Assembly: GCA_040905385.1 (NCBI GenBank)
Contig: JBBDRP010000002.1
Span: 745,010 to 784,156 of the forward strand
Direction: 5' to 3'
Source of the DNA: Minisyncoccota bacterium
GTDB taxonomy: Bacteria; Patescibacteriota; Minisyncoccia; Phycocordibacterales; SW-6-46-9
DNA length: 39,147 bases
The notes under the pieces are model-generated. The model saw only the letters and a list, made by a program, of their open reading frames with translations, was not told where the DNA came from and did not search any database. Below are positions 7,269 to 16,083 of this stretch, in pieces; the stretch's first letter is position 1; every line of letters begins with the position of its first letter. The position numbers and the translations under genes were made by a program.

Positions 7269-7661
7269 TTAAGTTGATTCCGATTGATTAACAGCACCTA
7301 CAAAGAAAAATAATGTCACGAATAGGTAGAAGACCAATAATGTGAATATGCCTGGGCCCGTTCCGATAGTGATTCGTTGAAATATTGTTCCAAGTGTAAT
7401 GGTTGCAAGTAAACTTGTGAAGAACTTAACATGACTCCCATCTGGATATACCAAACCAAGCAAAACAACAGAAACTATTGTGGCCAGCATGGTGACTCCT
7501 ACTGTAGTCATACCGCCGGCCAATGCCTCAGCAACAACACTCATACGCGGATTACCAGCAAGGATTCCATCGAATATAACCTGAAACAGATTATCTGCAA
7601 ATAGAAGAAATACTGTTCCAAGAACTACAACAAGTGCATACTTAGTGAATATTTTTTTCAT
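7269..7661 (-). CDS. Small multi-pass membrane protein, unknown function
   Basis: The ORF track extends to 7706. The internal ATG at 7659-7661 (MKKIFTKYALVVVLG...) is preceded by GGGAGG (7667-7672 on plus) at SD distance, so it is preferred as the start. Confidence 0.55.
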   Translation of the reverse strand: MKKIFTKYALVVVLGTVFLLFADNLFQVIFDGILAGNPRMSVVAEALAGGMTTVGVTMLATIVSVVLLGLVYPDGSHVKFFTSLLATITLGTIFQRITIGTGPGIFTLLVFYLFVTLFFFVGAVNQSEST

Positions 7662-7919
7662 AACAACCTCCCAGTTGTTTTGATTGAAATTAAATAACTT
7701 ATCCATGGAATAGAGTACACTATATTTTTAATATGTCAAATATATAGCGCCTGTAGTAAAATACACCCCTCTGGTGAGCGGTGCTTTCGACCCAGCCCCT
7801 GCACGCAGGAGACTGGATTTCACTCATCTTATTCGTTCAACTTTTACCCGGTTAAACATTTTTGCAAAGCAAAAATAAAATCTATGATTTTGTTTAACTC
7901 GGGTGAACTTTCAACTAAC

Positions 7920-8117
7920 TTACTGTCTCACGTAAGGCAGCAGGGCCATGAAGCGAGCGCGTTTGATTGCCTTGGCAATCTGGCGCTGGTGACGAGCGGT
8001 AAGGCCGGTATCGCGACGGTGCTGGATGCGGCCGTGTTCAGTAAGAAAACCCTCGAGAATATCAGTATCCTTGTAGTCAATGTGAGTTATGTTATTTTCT
8101 TCGAAGTAATCAGACAT
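7920..8117 (-). CDS. rpsR: 30S ribosomal protein S18
   Basis: [50 protein letters not shown] is the canonical bS18 sequence pattern. Confidence 0.95.
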   Translation of the reverse strand: MSDYFEENNITHIDYKDTDILEGFLTEHGRIQHRRDTGLTARHQRQIAKAIKRARFMALLPYVRQ

Positions 8118-8181
8118 GGGTTAGGAAATTAGGTTGCTAGGTTATTAGGAGTCTAGGAAGTTAGGTCTCTAGGCTTCTAGG
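8118..8181 (-). repeat. Eight exact-period octamers (mRNA sense CCUAR-NNN) abutting the rpsR AUG
   Basis: Plus strand: gggttagg aaattagg ttgctagg ttattagg agtctagg aagttagg tctctagg cttctagg. Confidence 0.9.
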
Positions 8182-8482
8182 TATTTGATAATAAAAGTTT
8201 TAGATAGACACGAGTACTAGCTTAGCAGATTTCCATTAATCACTCAATATAATCTATGCTAGTTTTAACTTCAGCTCTGCGCGAAAGTTCGCGGAATCTT
8301 TGAGCAACGTTGTGCACCGAAGCTTCTAGGCGTAGATTTAGATACATTTCGCGAACGAAGACTTCTAGCAGCTGGATTTGCGTAAAATTCGCAGAATCTT
8401 TGAGTAACGACATGAGCGGTAAAGAGATAATACCGCGAGTAAGGCACGGAGAAGATTCTAAAGAAATTTGCCAAATACAGTG

Positions 8483-8932
8483 CTAGAAGGGGATGTCCTC
8501 GGGAGTAATGTCTTCATCCTCCGGATAGTCAATCTCCTGATCAGCGTTGTTCTTGTTGTTTTTGTTGCTGCTGCCGGAGTTGTTGTAGTTGCCGTCGTTT
8601 GATCCATTGCGTGGGCCAAACTGAACGCGATTAGCAACGATTTCGGTGCGGTAGTTACGCTTGCCGTCATCACCTTCCCAGCTGCGGGTCTGAATGCGCC
8701 CCTCTACCAAGGCCATTGAACCCTTGGAGAGATACTGAGAGGTTGTCTCGGCCTGACGACCAAAAACAACAATGTTGTGAAAGTTAGTGTCCTCTTTTTT
8801 ATTACCATCACTGTCGGTGTAGTTGCGGTTGGTTGCAAGCGAAAAGTTGCAGACCGCCGTACCGCTCGGAAGGCTTTTGAGCTCTGGATCACGCGTAAGG
8901 TTACCAATTACAAGTGCTTTATTGAGATACAT
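8483..8932 (-). CDS. ssb: Single-stranded DNA-binding protein
   Basis: OB-fold N-terminus MYLNKALVIGNLTRDPELK...FHNIVVFGRQAE...VEGRIQTRSWE, a disordered N/G/S-rich linker, and an acidic tip ending in DIPF. Confidence 0.93.
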   Translation of the reverse strand: MYLNKALVIGNLTRDPELKSLPSGTAVCNFSLATNRNYTDSDGNKKEDTNFHNIVVFGRQAETTSQYLSKGSMALVEGRIQTRSWEGDDGKRNYRTEIVANRVQFGPRNGSNDGNYNNSGSSNKNNKNNADQEIDYPEDEDITPEDIPF

Positions 8933-9030
8933 ACTGTGGCTTTAGTTTTTTATCTACTAGTAGCTGTGACACGAAGTCACCTGAGACTCATTGTCTCATA
9001 CATTATCAGCTAACGCGAGAATAAGTACTT

Positions 9031-9405
9031 CTACTCTTCTTCGGTCTCCGTGGCTGCTGCAACGGCCTCATCATCGACCGTAACCAGCAGGTGGCGGATC
9101 ACATCGTCTGCGGTGATGAATATCTTCTCTACATCGTCTACCTGGTGCGGCTTGAGGTTGAACTGTACCCAACCAAACTGACCGCGGGAAAACTGCCGCT
9201 TCTCACCTTCATCCTTGACCTCAATCTCGTAAGAAAGCTCGCGCATTTCCGGAGATTGCGAAGCCACGATGTCGCCACCGGCGTCGGTGATCTGCTCGTG
9301 CATGTCGGTTTCGATGGCCTTTACCTGATCTTCAGGGATTGTCGGGGCCAAAAGAAAGCCAACTTCGTAGATAGTGATATTCTCGTTTGTGTCTGTTTTT
9401 GCCAT
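9031..9405 (-). CDS. rpsF: 30S ribosomal protein S6
   Basis: YEVGFLLAPTIPEDQVKAI...ELSYEI...GWVQFNL is bS6-like, with an acidic C-terminus. Start chosen at MAKTDT (ATG at 9403-9405). Confidence 0.85.
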   Translation of the reverse strand: MAKTDTNENITIYEVGFLLAPTIPEDQVKAIETDMHEQITDAGGDIVASQSPEMRELSYEIEVKDEGEKRQFSRGQFGWVQFNLKPHQVDDVEKIFITADDVIRHLLVTVDDEAVAAATETEEE

Positions 9406-9640
9406 ATCGGTACTAGCGTACCATCCAAACACGCCGATATCAAGTGTAAAGGTTGATTTTAGAGCCCAAGAAACTGTTTAAAGTCTCGACAAATTACAAG
9501 GAAGGTAAGCTCTATGTTTACTACAACACTATTTCGTCGGTCAAAATTTGGACATTTCCGCTGCAAAACTTCGCTTCAACCATCTACGATGCCAGCATCG
9601 CCTCGGTTTCCAGCTCGTTTTTCGCTCGAAATGTCCAAAT

Positions 9641-10462
9641 TTATGACTCGACGCGAGACTTCAGACAGTTTCTAAATAGGCGCTGAGTATTGGATACCAG
9701 CTTTGGGCCCAGCTCGGCTGCTGTGGTGCCTTTCAGCGTGGCTAGGGTGGAAATTATGTCCGGTACATACAGCGGAGTATTGCGACGACCGCGATGAGGC
9801 TGGGGGGCAGCGAACGGTGCATCTGTTTCTACCAGTAGATGATCGGTTGGAAGGTCAGCAAATATGTTCTGAAGACGCTTATCAAAGGTCAACACCCCGG
9901 TCGCTGAAATATAAAAACCAATATCAAGGAAACGGGCAGCGATATCCTTGTCACCGACAAAAAAGTGGGCGGTGCCACAGAGCTTCGCGCCTGCCTGGTG
10001 GCTGTAATACTCGAGAATCTCCAGACCTTGTGAGTAGGCATCCATGCTGCCGGATTGCGGGCGCAGATGCAGTATCAGGGGCAGGTCAGCGGTAATTGCC
10101 AGCTCGATCTGGGCCTCAAAAGCTGCGCGTTGCTGGCTTTTCTCCCTGTCGCCACGATCAGCCGAGCGAAAGTAATCCAGACCGCACTCACCGACTGCTA
10201 CCACGGACTCGGGATCCTTCTCAATCAGTCCCCGGTAGGGGTCAATATCAAAATCACCGCTAACCTCGGTAGGATGGCAGCCAACACTGGCCCAGATATG
10301 ATCATGCTCCTTGGCGAGCGCAATTGATTCTGCACTCGTCTCAACGTCAATGCCAACGTTGATCACTCCGGCCCCCTGTTCCTGCATATCGGCGATGATA
10401 TCTTCGCGATCCTCGTCAAAGGCTTCAAAGTTGAGATGTGCATGGGCGTCAATGTATTTCAT
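9641..10462 (-). CDS. tatD: TatD-family metal-dependent hydrolase/DNase
   Basis: MKYIDAHAHL..., VGCHPTE and GECGLDYFR...QQRAAFEAQIELA...PLILHLR are TatD motifs. The start is trimmed to the MKYIDAHAHL methionine. Confidence 0.85.
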   Translation of the reverse strand: MKYIDAHAHLNFEAFDEDREDIIADMQEQGAGVINVGIDVETSAESIALAKEHDHIWASVGCHPTEVSGDFDIDPYRGLIEKDPESVVAVGECGLDYFRSADRGDREKSQQRAAFEAQIELAITADLPLILHLRPQSGSMDAYSQGLEILEYYSHQAGAKLCGTAHFFVGDKDIAARFLDIGFYISATGVLTFDKRLQNIFADLPTDHLLVETDAPFAAPQPHRGRRNTPLYVPDIISTLATLKGTTAAELGPKLVSNTQRLFRNCLKSRVES

Positions 10463-10609
10463 GTAGCATGTATCATATAGCATGTAACGCAACTCTAAAA
10501 GAGACAAGAGATACGGGGTAGGAGATATGAAAATTGACTTTTTGTTATTGACTCAATATTGTATAGATAAACGCTTCTTTCCAACCCAAACTCAAAACAA
10601 GAGGTTCTT

Positions 10610-10993
10610 ATGAAAATTAGACATCACCTTACGACAGACGACTTACTCTTAACACTGGCTGCGACACTGAACTGTCTGCAGTACATGGGAGCCGGTGCCT
10701 TCTTCTACGACATATGGGAACTCGAGTCTCAGATAACACAGCTGTTTCTGGGAGTGATTGCGATATTTTACATTATAATTGTAATTTTTATCACCTCGAA
10801 GCTCATTGATTTCATCAAAAGTCATGAAGGGAAAAGTTATGCCGGTTGCTTAGTGATATTTTTTAGCATATCGCTCGTCCTCGGTGGCTGGGTGGCCATT
10901 ATTTTACCCTTCGAACCTGTCTGGATATTTACTGGTAGTTGTCTACTCTTGGCAATTACCTTTTTCATCTTTGTACAAACGGTAACCACATAA
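10610..10993 (+). CDS. Small 4-TM membrane protein, unknown function
   Basis: 127-aa hydrophobic ORF. AGAGG lies 7 nt upstream of the ATG, and a terminator hairpin follows. Confidence 0.55.
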   Translation: MKIRHHLTTDDLLLTLAATLNCLQYMGAGAFFYDIWELESQITQLFLGVIAIFYIIIVIFITSKLIDFIKSHEGKSYAGCLVIFFSISLVLGGWVAIILPFEPVWIFTGSCLLLAITFFIFVQTVTT

Positions 10994-11098
10994 CAAAAAG
11001 GGCCTACGTGTCTCTCACGTTGGCTTTTTTATTTGACATCTATAAATTAAGTGCTATTTTATAGATAAACACTTCCTTAAAATAAAAAACCCGAACCA

Positions 11099-11509
11099 AT
11101 GAATGAAAAGAAAAAGCTTGATGCTATAACTTTCATCGTAGTAGCTGTCACGTATACCGTTTTTACTGCCTCCTTTCTAAAAGAAGTGTGGACTGCTGAA
11201 CCACTAACATTTCTAAATGTAGTAACTTCTTTATACAGTTTCATACTAATCATTACGATGATTGCCTTCACTTTAAAAACTGCTAATGATTGGCACCTCT
11301 CTGACAGCGCTGGCATCATTATGGCTTTCGTTATTTTTGTTAGCGCTATCGGGGGTCTCTTTATTGATCTATTTGCCGATGTTGAATTACTGAACCGAGG
11401 GTTGACACTGGTGCCAATAATAATCTTCTTGATGATTCATATCATGGCTTTTTCTATTGTTGTGAAAGTAAGTCACTTACTGAAAAAAGAGCGTGAATTA
11501 TATAATTAA
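11099..11509 (+). CDS. Small 4-TM membrane protein, unknown function
   Basis: 136-aa hydrophobic ORF. It shares an upstream motif with the preceding gene. Confidence 0.55.
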   Translation: MNEKKKLDAITFIVVAVTYTVFTASFLKEVWTAEPLTFLNVVTSLYSFILIITMIAFTLKTANDWHLSDSAGIIMAFVIFVSAIGGLFIDLFADVELLNRGLTLVPIIIFLMIHIMAFSIVVKVSHLLKKERELYN

Positions 11510-11517
11510 AATCAACT

Positions 11518-11552
11518 AGGTCGGCTACGTATCAAAGCGAGCCGACCTTTAA
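11518..11552. terminator. Bidirectional terminator hairpin
   Basis: AGGTCGGCT-n13-AGCCGACCT followed by TTTAAAA, between convergent genes. Confidence 0.55.
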
Positions 11553-11557
11553 AATAC

Positions 11558-13042
11558 TTACTCACGTCGAAGAAAAAGCGGCTCCGGCTTTTTGCCTGAC
11601 TCAAGCGTCTTTCTGATATCAGCAGCAGTCTCTGGCATGAACGGGGTCAGCATGGCCGCAATGTCATACAGACGCAGCACAAGGTAGGCTACGGCCTGCT
11701 TGGCTTCTTCTACCTGGTCGGGATCATCTGACTTAATCAGTTTATAGGGCTCATTTTCAGTAATAAAGGCATCCAGGTGAGCTACTTCGGCCCAGATGTA
11801 ATCAAGCGCCCGGTCAAAGCGATACACATGCATTAGCTCTTGCAGCGTCTGCATGTCCTCTTCTTCTATCACCGTTTCGACGTCACGATCAAGCGCCACC
11901 TCGACATCATAGCTGGCGTACATATATCCGATGCGGCTAACCAGATTGCCGAGCCCGTTGGCGAGATTACCGTTGTAGACCTCCTCTAGAGACTCCATGG
12001 TCATGTCCGGGTCATCAAATGGGTGCAGGTGCCGTAGAAGGTAGTAGCGCAGTACGTCGGTGCTGTACTCCTCTATCACCTCGAGTGGATCAATGACATT
12101 GCCAACCGATTTGCTCATCTTGCGACCATCACTCTGAATGTGTCCATGGATTACAATCTGACGAGTTGGATTAAGCCCGGCTGACATCAGCATTGCCTGC
12201 CACATTGCTGACTGCTGACGGAGATTATCCTTGCCACAAAATTGAATCGGCGCACCGTTATTCCAGAAATTATTAAAATTTTCTTCATCTCCCGGCCAGC
12301 CGAGCGTGGAAATATAGTTAGAAAGTGCATCAAACCAGACATACATAACCTGTGAGTCATCACCGGGAACCGGCACACCCCAGGGCATCTTTTCAGCGAC
12401 ACGTGAAATAGAGAAGTCCTCTAACCCTCCCTCTACAAAGCGCTTAATCTCATTGAAGCGTTTATCCGGGACAACAAAGTCGGGGTGAGATTCATAAAGC
12501 TCTAGCAGCTGATCCTCGTAACGCGAGAAGCGGAAAAAGTAGTTTTCCTCTTCAATTTCCTTCGGCTTTTGACCAGTATGATCCGGACATTCGCCGTCTT
12601 CATTAAGATCACCTTCAGAAACAAACATCTCGCAGCCAACGCAGTAGAGTCCTTTGTACTGCTTTTTGTAGATATCGCCATTTTCCTCGCAGCGCTTCCA
12701 GAAGGCCTGCGCCGCTGTTTTGTGGCTCTCGTCTGTCGTGCGGACAAAGGCATCATTGGAGACATTCAGCTCCGCAAGAAGATCCTTAAATTTCCCGCTA
12801 TAGGTATCGGCGAACTCCTCAACCGACACACCTTCCTCCTCGGCACGCTTCAGCACCTTTTGGCCGTGCTCATCGGTTCCAGTATTAAAAAAAACCTCGA
12901 ACCCCTCGAGACGTTTAAAGCGAGCCACTGCATCAGCCCGAATAAACTCAAAAGCATGACCAAGATGTGGCTTGCCGTTGATGTACGGAAGCGTGGTGGT
13001 GATGTATTTATGTGTAGTTTGCGATATATCGGAATCTGACAT
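11558..13042 (-). CDS. metG: Methionyl-tRNA synthetase (short form)
   Basis: PYINGKPHLGHAFEF (HIGH-type motif), a CVGCEMF...ECPDH zinc knuckle, and KMSKSVGNVIDP. Confidence 0.93.
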   Translation of the reverse strand: MSDSDISQTTHKYITTTLPYINGKPHLGHAFEFIRADAVARFKRLEGFEVFFNTGTDEHGQKVLKRAEEEGVSVEEFADTYSGKFKDLLAELNVSNDAFVRTTDESHKTAAQAFWKRCEENGDIYKKQYKGLYCVGCEMFVSEGDLNEDGECPDHTGQKPKEIEEENYFFRFSRYEDQLLELYESHPDFVVPDKRFNEIKRFVEGGLEDFSISRVAEKMPWGVPVPGDDSQVMYVWFDALSNYISTLGWPGDEENFNNFWNNGAPIQFCGKDNLRQQSAMWQAMLMSAGLNPTRQIVIHGHIQSDGRKMSKSVGNVIDPLEVIEEYSTDVLRYYLLRHLHPFDDPDMTMESLEEVYNGNLANGLGNLVSRIGYMYASYDVEVALDRDVETVIEEEDMQTLQELMHVYRFDRALDYIWAEVAHLDAFITENEPYKLIKSDDPDQVEEAKQAVAYLVLRLYDIAAMLTPFMPETAADIRKTLESGKKPEPLFLRRE

Positions 13043-13056
13043 ATTTTCTATCGATA

Positions 13057-14109
13057 CTAAGAAACCTTTTTTACTTGTCGTTGTGATAAATTATTACCAT
13101 CACGATGCTTGGCTTCCTCTACATCATGTGCAAACTCAAGAAATGCTGCAGACAGTGGTACTGCTAACAAAATTCCCAGGAATCCAGCTAAACTACCACC
13201 GATAATCACGGCTAAAATAACAACAAGTGGCGGTACACCAACGACCTTGGTAACAACTAGCGGGTGCAGGAGATTGTTCTCAAACTGCTGAATGATCACA
13301 AACAGTCCTAACGTCATCAATCCAAGCGTTAGGCCACCAGAAGCAGCTGCTAAACCAATGGCCGGAACAGCCGCAACAATCGGACCAAAAATCGGAACAA
13401 TTTCGAGTAGTCCGGCCAGAATACCTAAAAGAAGCGCATTTGGGACCCCAAGAATTGTCAGTCCGATGTAGACAAGCACGCCGACGATCAGCATCAGGAT
13501 AAACTGCCCCTGAATCCACTGACCAATCTTGCGCTGCGATCGATGCCAGAGATCAGTCACGTAGTCCTCTTTTTCAAGCGGTACAACCAGACGTATAAAC
13601 TGCTCGATGCCTCCCTTTCGGGCTGACAGATAGAAAGAAATAGAGATCATCAACACAAAACTTACAATGCCACCAAAGATTGAGCTTACGATTCTGATGA
13701 CATCCTGACCACTTTCGACAGCAATATTACCAGCATTGGAAACAAGCTCGGAAACAGAGAATGTTCCGGAATCACCAAGTAAGGCACTCTCAAGCTGAAG
13801 TGAACTAATGTAATCAGGTGCGAGAGCAATTATATCCTTAAGATCTTCGATAACTGGAGGAACCAGGAAATAAATAGCCGCAAATATAGCCCCAGCCGCA
13901 GTGATATACATACCTATCACCGCCGCCAGCCGCGGAATCCGCTTTTTCTCAAAAAAGTTGATAGCCGGCTCGATTGCTGAGGCAATTACAACTGCCGCCA
14001 GCACTACCAAAAAAATATTTATCAGTTCATAGAAAAGGTAGGCCAGCGCTATGAATAAAATAGTGCGGATAATGGTATTTGAATCAATACGAATAGTTTG
14101 TGTGCTCAT
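13057..14109 (-). CDS. AI-2E family (PerM/UPF0118) transporter
   Basis: 350 aa, about 8 TM helices, with the family-typical GLLEIVPIFGPIVAAVPA segment. Confidence 0.75.
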   Translation of the reverse strand: MSTQTIRIDSNTIIRTILFIALAYLFYELINIFLVVLAAVVIASAIEPAINFFEKKRIPRLAAVIGMYITAAGAIFAAIYFLVPPVIEDLKDIIALAPDYISSLQLESALLGDSGTFSVSELVSNAGNIAVESGQDVIRIVSSIFGGIVSFVLMISISFYLSARKGGIEQFIRLVVPLEKEDYVTDLWHRSQRKIGQWIQGQFILMLIVGVLVYIGLTILGVPNALLLGILAGLLEIVPIFGPIVAAVPAIGLAAASGGLTLGLMTLGLFVIIQQFENNLLHPLVVTKVVGVPPLVVILAVIIGGSLAGFLGILLAVPLSAAFLEFAHDVEEAKHRDGNNLSQRQVKKVS

Positions 14110-14145
14110 AATTTGATAATAACATAAACTTAACAGCGCCTAAAA

Positions 14146-16062
14146 CTAGTTTTGTACCTGGCCGTCATCACTACCTTGAGTATCATCGCGACCAGTGGTT
14201 GGAACATTAATATCTCGAATCTGCAACATACTGCCGGTAAATGAGTCGGTTCCGGTAATGGAAGGGTCGGCCAGGAGTCGAACTGTTGATCCAGTCTGAC
14301 GTGAAGTTGGAGTTATCTCAACCTGAATATACACCTCTTCGGCTGGTTTGGTAAATCCAGCTCCGGCTGGGATTGTACCAATATCCCACGTTAATCGACC
14401 GGAAACATTGTTGTAATCAACATTAGCATTTAGAGGTGAAACACCATCACCCATATTTACATAGGCCGGAAGTGCCGCCTGGAAACTAGCATCCGTTATC
14501 TCGTTGGTAGTATTGGAAACAGATAGATGGATCGTATAGGTGGTGGTCTGATCAACCTGTGGTGGAATTGGACCGGTATTTTCAAGCGGACCATCATCAT
14601 GAAGCGTTCGTACTTCCATATCAGCAACAGTTGGTAGTTTTATCGATCGCTCGATATTGGTGGTTACAGTGTCAGGCAAACTACTGTCGCCTGTTGACTG
14701 TGCCTGCATACGGATCGCAATATCCACTGTTGGGTTCTCAACAATACTGGCCAATGATTCGGAGTTTCGTGTACTGAGGCTAAATCTCTGACTACCTTCA
14801 TTGTCTGGATTAATGTCTATAAGATTATCATTTGTACGTGAATTCCAGATAATCGTACTATCACCGGAACGAACAATGCCATCACGTGATGACAATGTAT
14901 CCATATCGATACCAGCACCGGAAAATGTGGCGATGATCTCTCCACCACGAACCGTTGAATCCAAATTACTCCGCCAGTTAATCTGCCCATTAATATCAAC
15001 AATATTACCAGACCGATTCTCATCGGTTTCTATATCAAGACCAACATTAATAAAGGCTTCACGAAGATTGACCACGATGTCCTGCGAAGCAAATAGCGTA
15101 CCTATCGCAGTATTATCATTGGAACGAATGGTGCCAACATCAAACCGAAAAGCCTGCTGATCGGAGGCACTCACATTAGAAAATCGTCCATCAACCGTGA
15201 TATCAATCTCCTCTCCCGGCTCGATATCGCCCAGCTGCCAGATGTAATCTCGATAATCAGGAGTTGGATCGATTTCTTCAGGTACAAATCCAAACGGATA
15301 ATCAATCACCAGAATAACATCATCCAGATTACGAGATGCATTCGAAGTAACGGTTATTTCCATCTCGAACAACTCGTTCAGGCTGGCTTCAGTAGGGCTA
15401 GAAATGTCAAGAGATATTGGTGCTTCAGAAATTTCTATCTCTCCGGTATTGGTGGCCAGAAAGATAGCATTTGAGTCCTGAACTTTATACTCGAGCTGAA
15501 CTGAAATTTCGTTTACGTCACCACGCTCTCCGAAAAGTGTCGCTTTGGTACGGATCTCAGCCTGACCATTAGCCGGAATAGTACCGATTTCTTCACGCTG
15601 CTGCCGTAAATCCTGGCCAGTATTTTCCGGCTCTCGCGTTCCGTCTGGGTAAACAATTACCAGCTCAGCTGAGTGTAACGCAACCTTGTTCTCATTTTTG
15701 ATATTAATATCAAATGTAGCCGTATCACCAGCACTGACACTACTAGGTGCATTAATCTCAATCACGACATTATCCGGAGAAATATTACTATCAGTAAAAC
15801 CAATTGTGTACGCCGCAAAAGCAAAGGCAGCGATAAAGAATATAGAAGCAAAAATCAGTAATTTATTTAAAAAAGACATCGATTCTTTCTGGGATTCTGG
15901 TTCTTGTGACGGTTCCTCATCGTGCTGCCAGCCAGTTGGTATATCATTATCGCCAGAACCACCATATGACAGCTGGTTTCTGGATGTGTTAAAGTCAGCC
16001 GGATTCTGTGAATCAAGACGGCGACGTAAACGATCTATTTTGCTTTCAGAGGACTGGCTCAT
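14146..16062 (-). CDS. Large membrane-anchored extracytoplasmic protein, unknown function
   Basis: 638 aa with a cytoplasmic N-terminus, one TM helix (LLIFASIFFIAAFAFAAYTIGF), then a long beta-rich T/N/D/I-rich region with repeated ...I.V.N.. patterns. Confidence 0.6.
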   Translation of the reverse strand: MSQSSESKIDRLRRRLDSQNPADFNTSRNQLSYGGSGDNDIPTGWQHDEEPSQEPESQKESMSFLNKLLIFASIFFIAAFAFAAYTIGFTDSNISPDNVVIEINAPSSVSAGDTATFDINIKNENKVALHSAELVIVYPDGTREPENTGQDLRQQREEIGTIPANGQAEIRTKATLFGERGDVNEISVQLEYKVQDSNAIFLATNTGEIEISEAPISLDISSPTEASLNELFEMEITVTSNASRNLDDVILVIDYPFGFVPEEIDPTPDYRDYIWQLGDIEPGEEIDITVDGRFSNVSASDQQAFRFDVGTIRSNDNTAIGTLFASQDIVVNLREAFINVGLDIETDENRSGNIVDINGQINWRSNLDSTVRGGEIIATFSGAGIDMDTLSSRDGIVRSGDSTIIWNSRTNDNLIDINPDNEGSQRFSLSTRNSESLASIVENPTVDIAIRMQAQSTGDSSLPDTVTTNIERSIKLPTVADMEVRTLHDDGPLENTGPIPPQVDQTTTYTIHLSVSNTTNEITDASFQAALPAYVNMGDGVSPLNANVDYNNVSGRLTWDIGTIPAGAGFTKPAEEVYIQVEITPTSRQTGSTVRLLADPSITGTDSFTGSMLQIRDINVPTTGRDDTQGSDDGQVQN

Positions 16063-16083
16063 ATCACTTATTGTATCATTATA

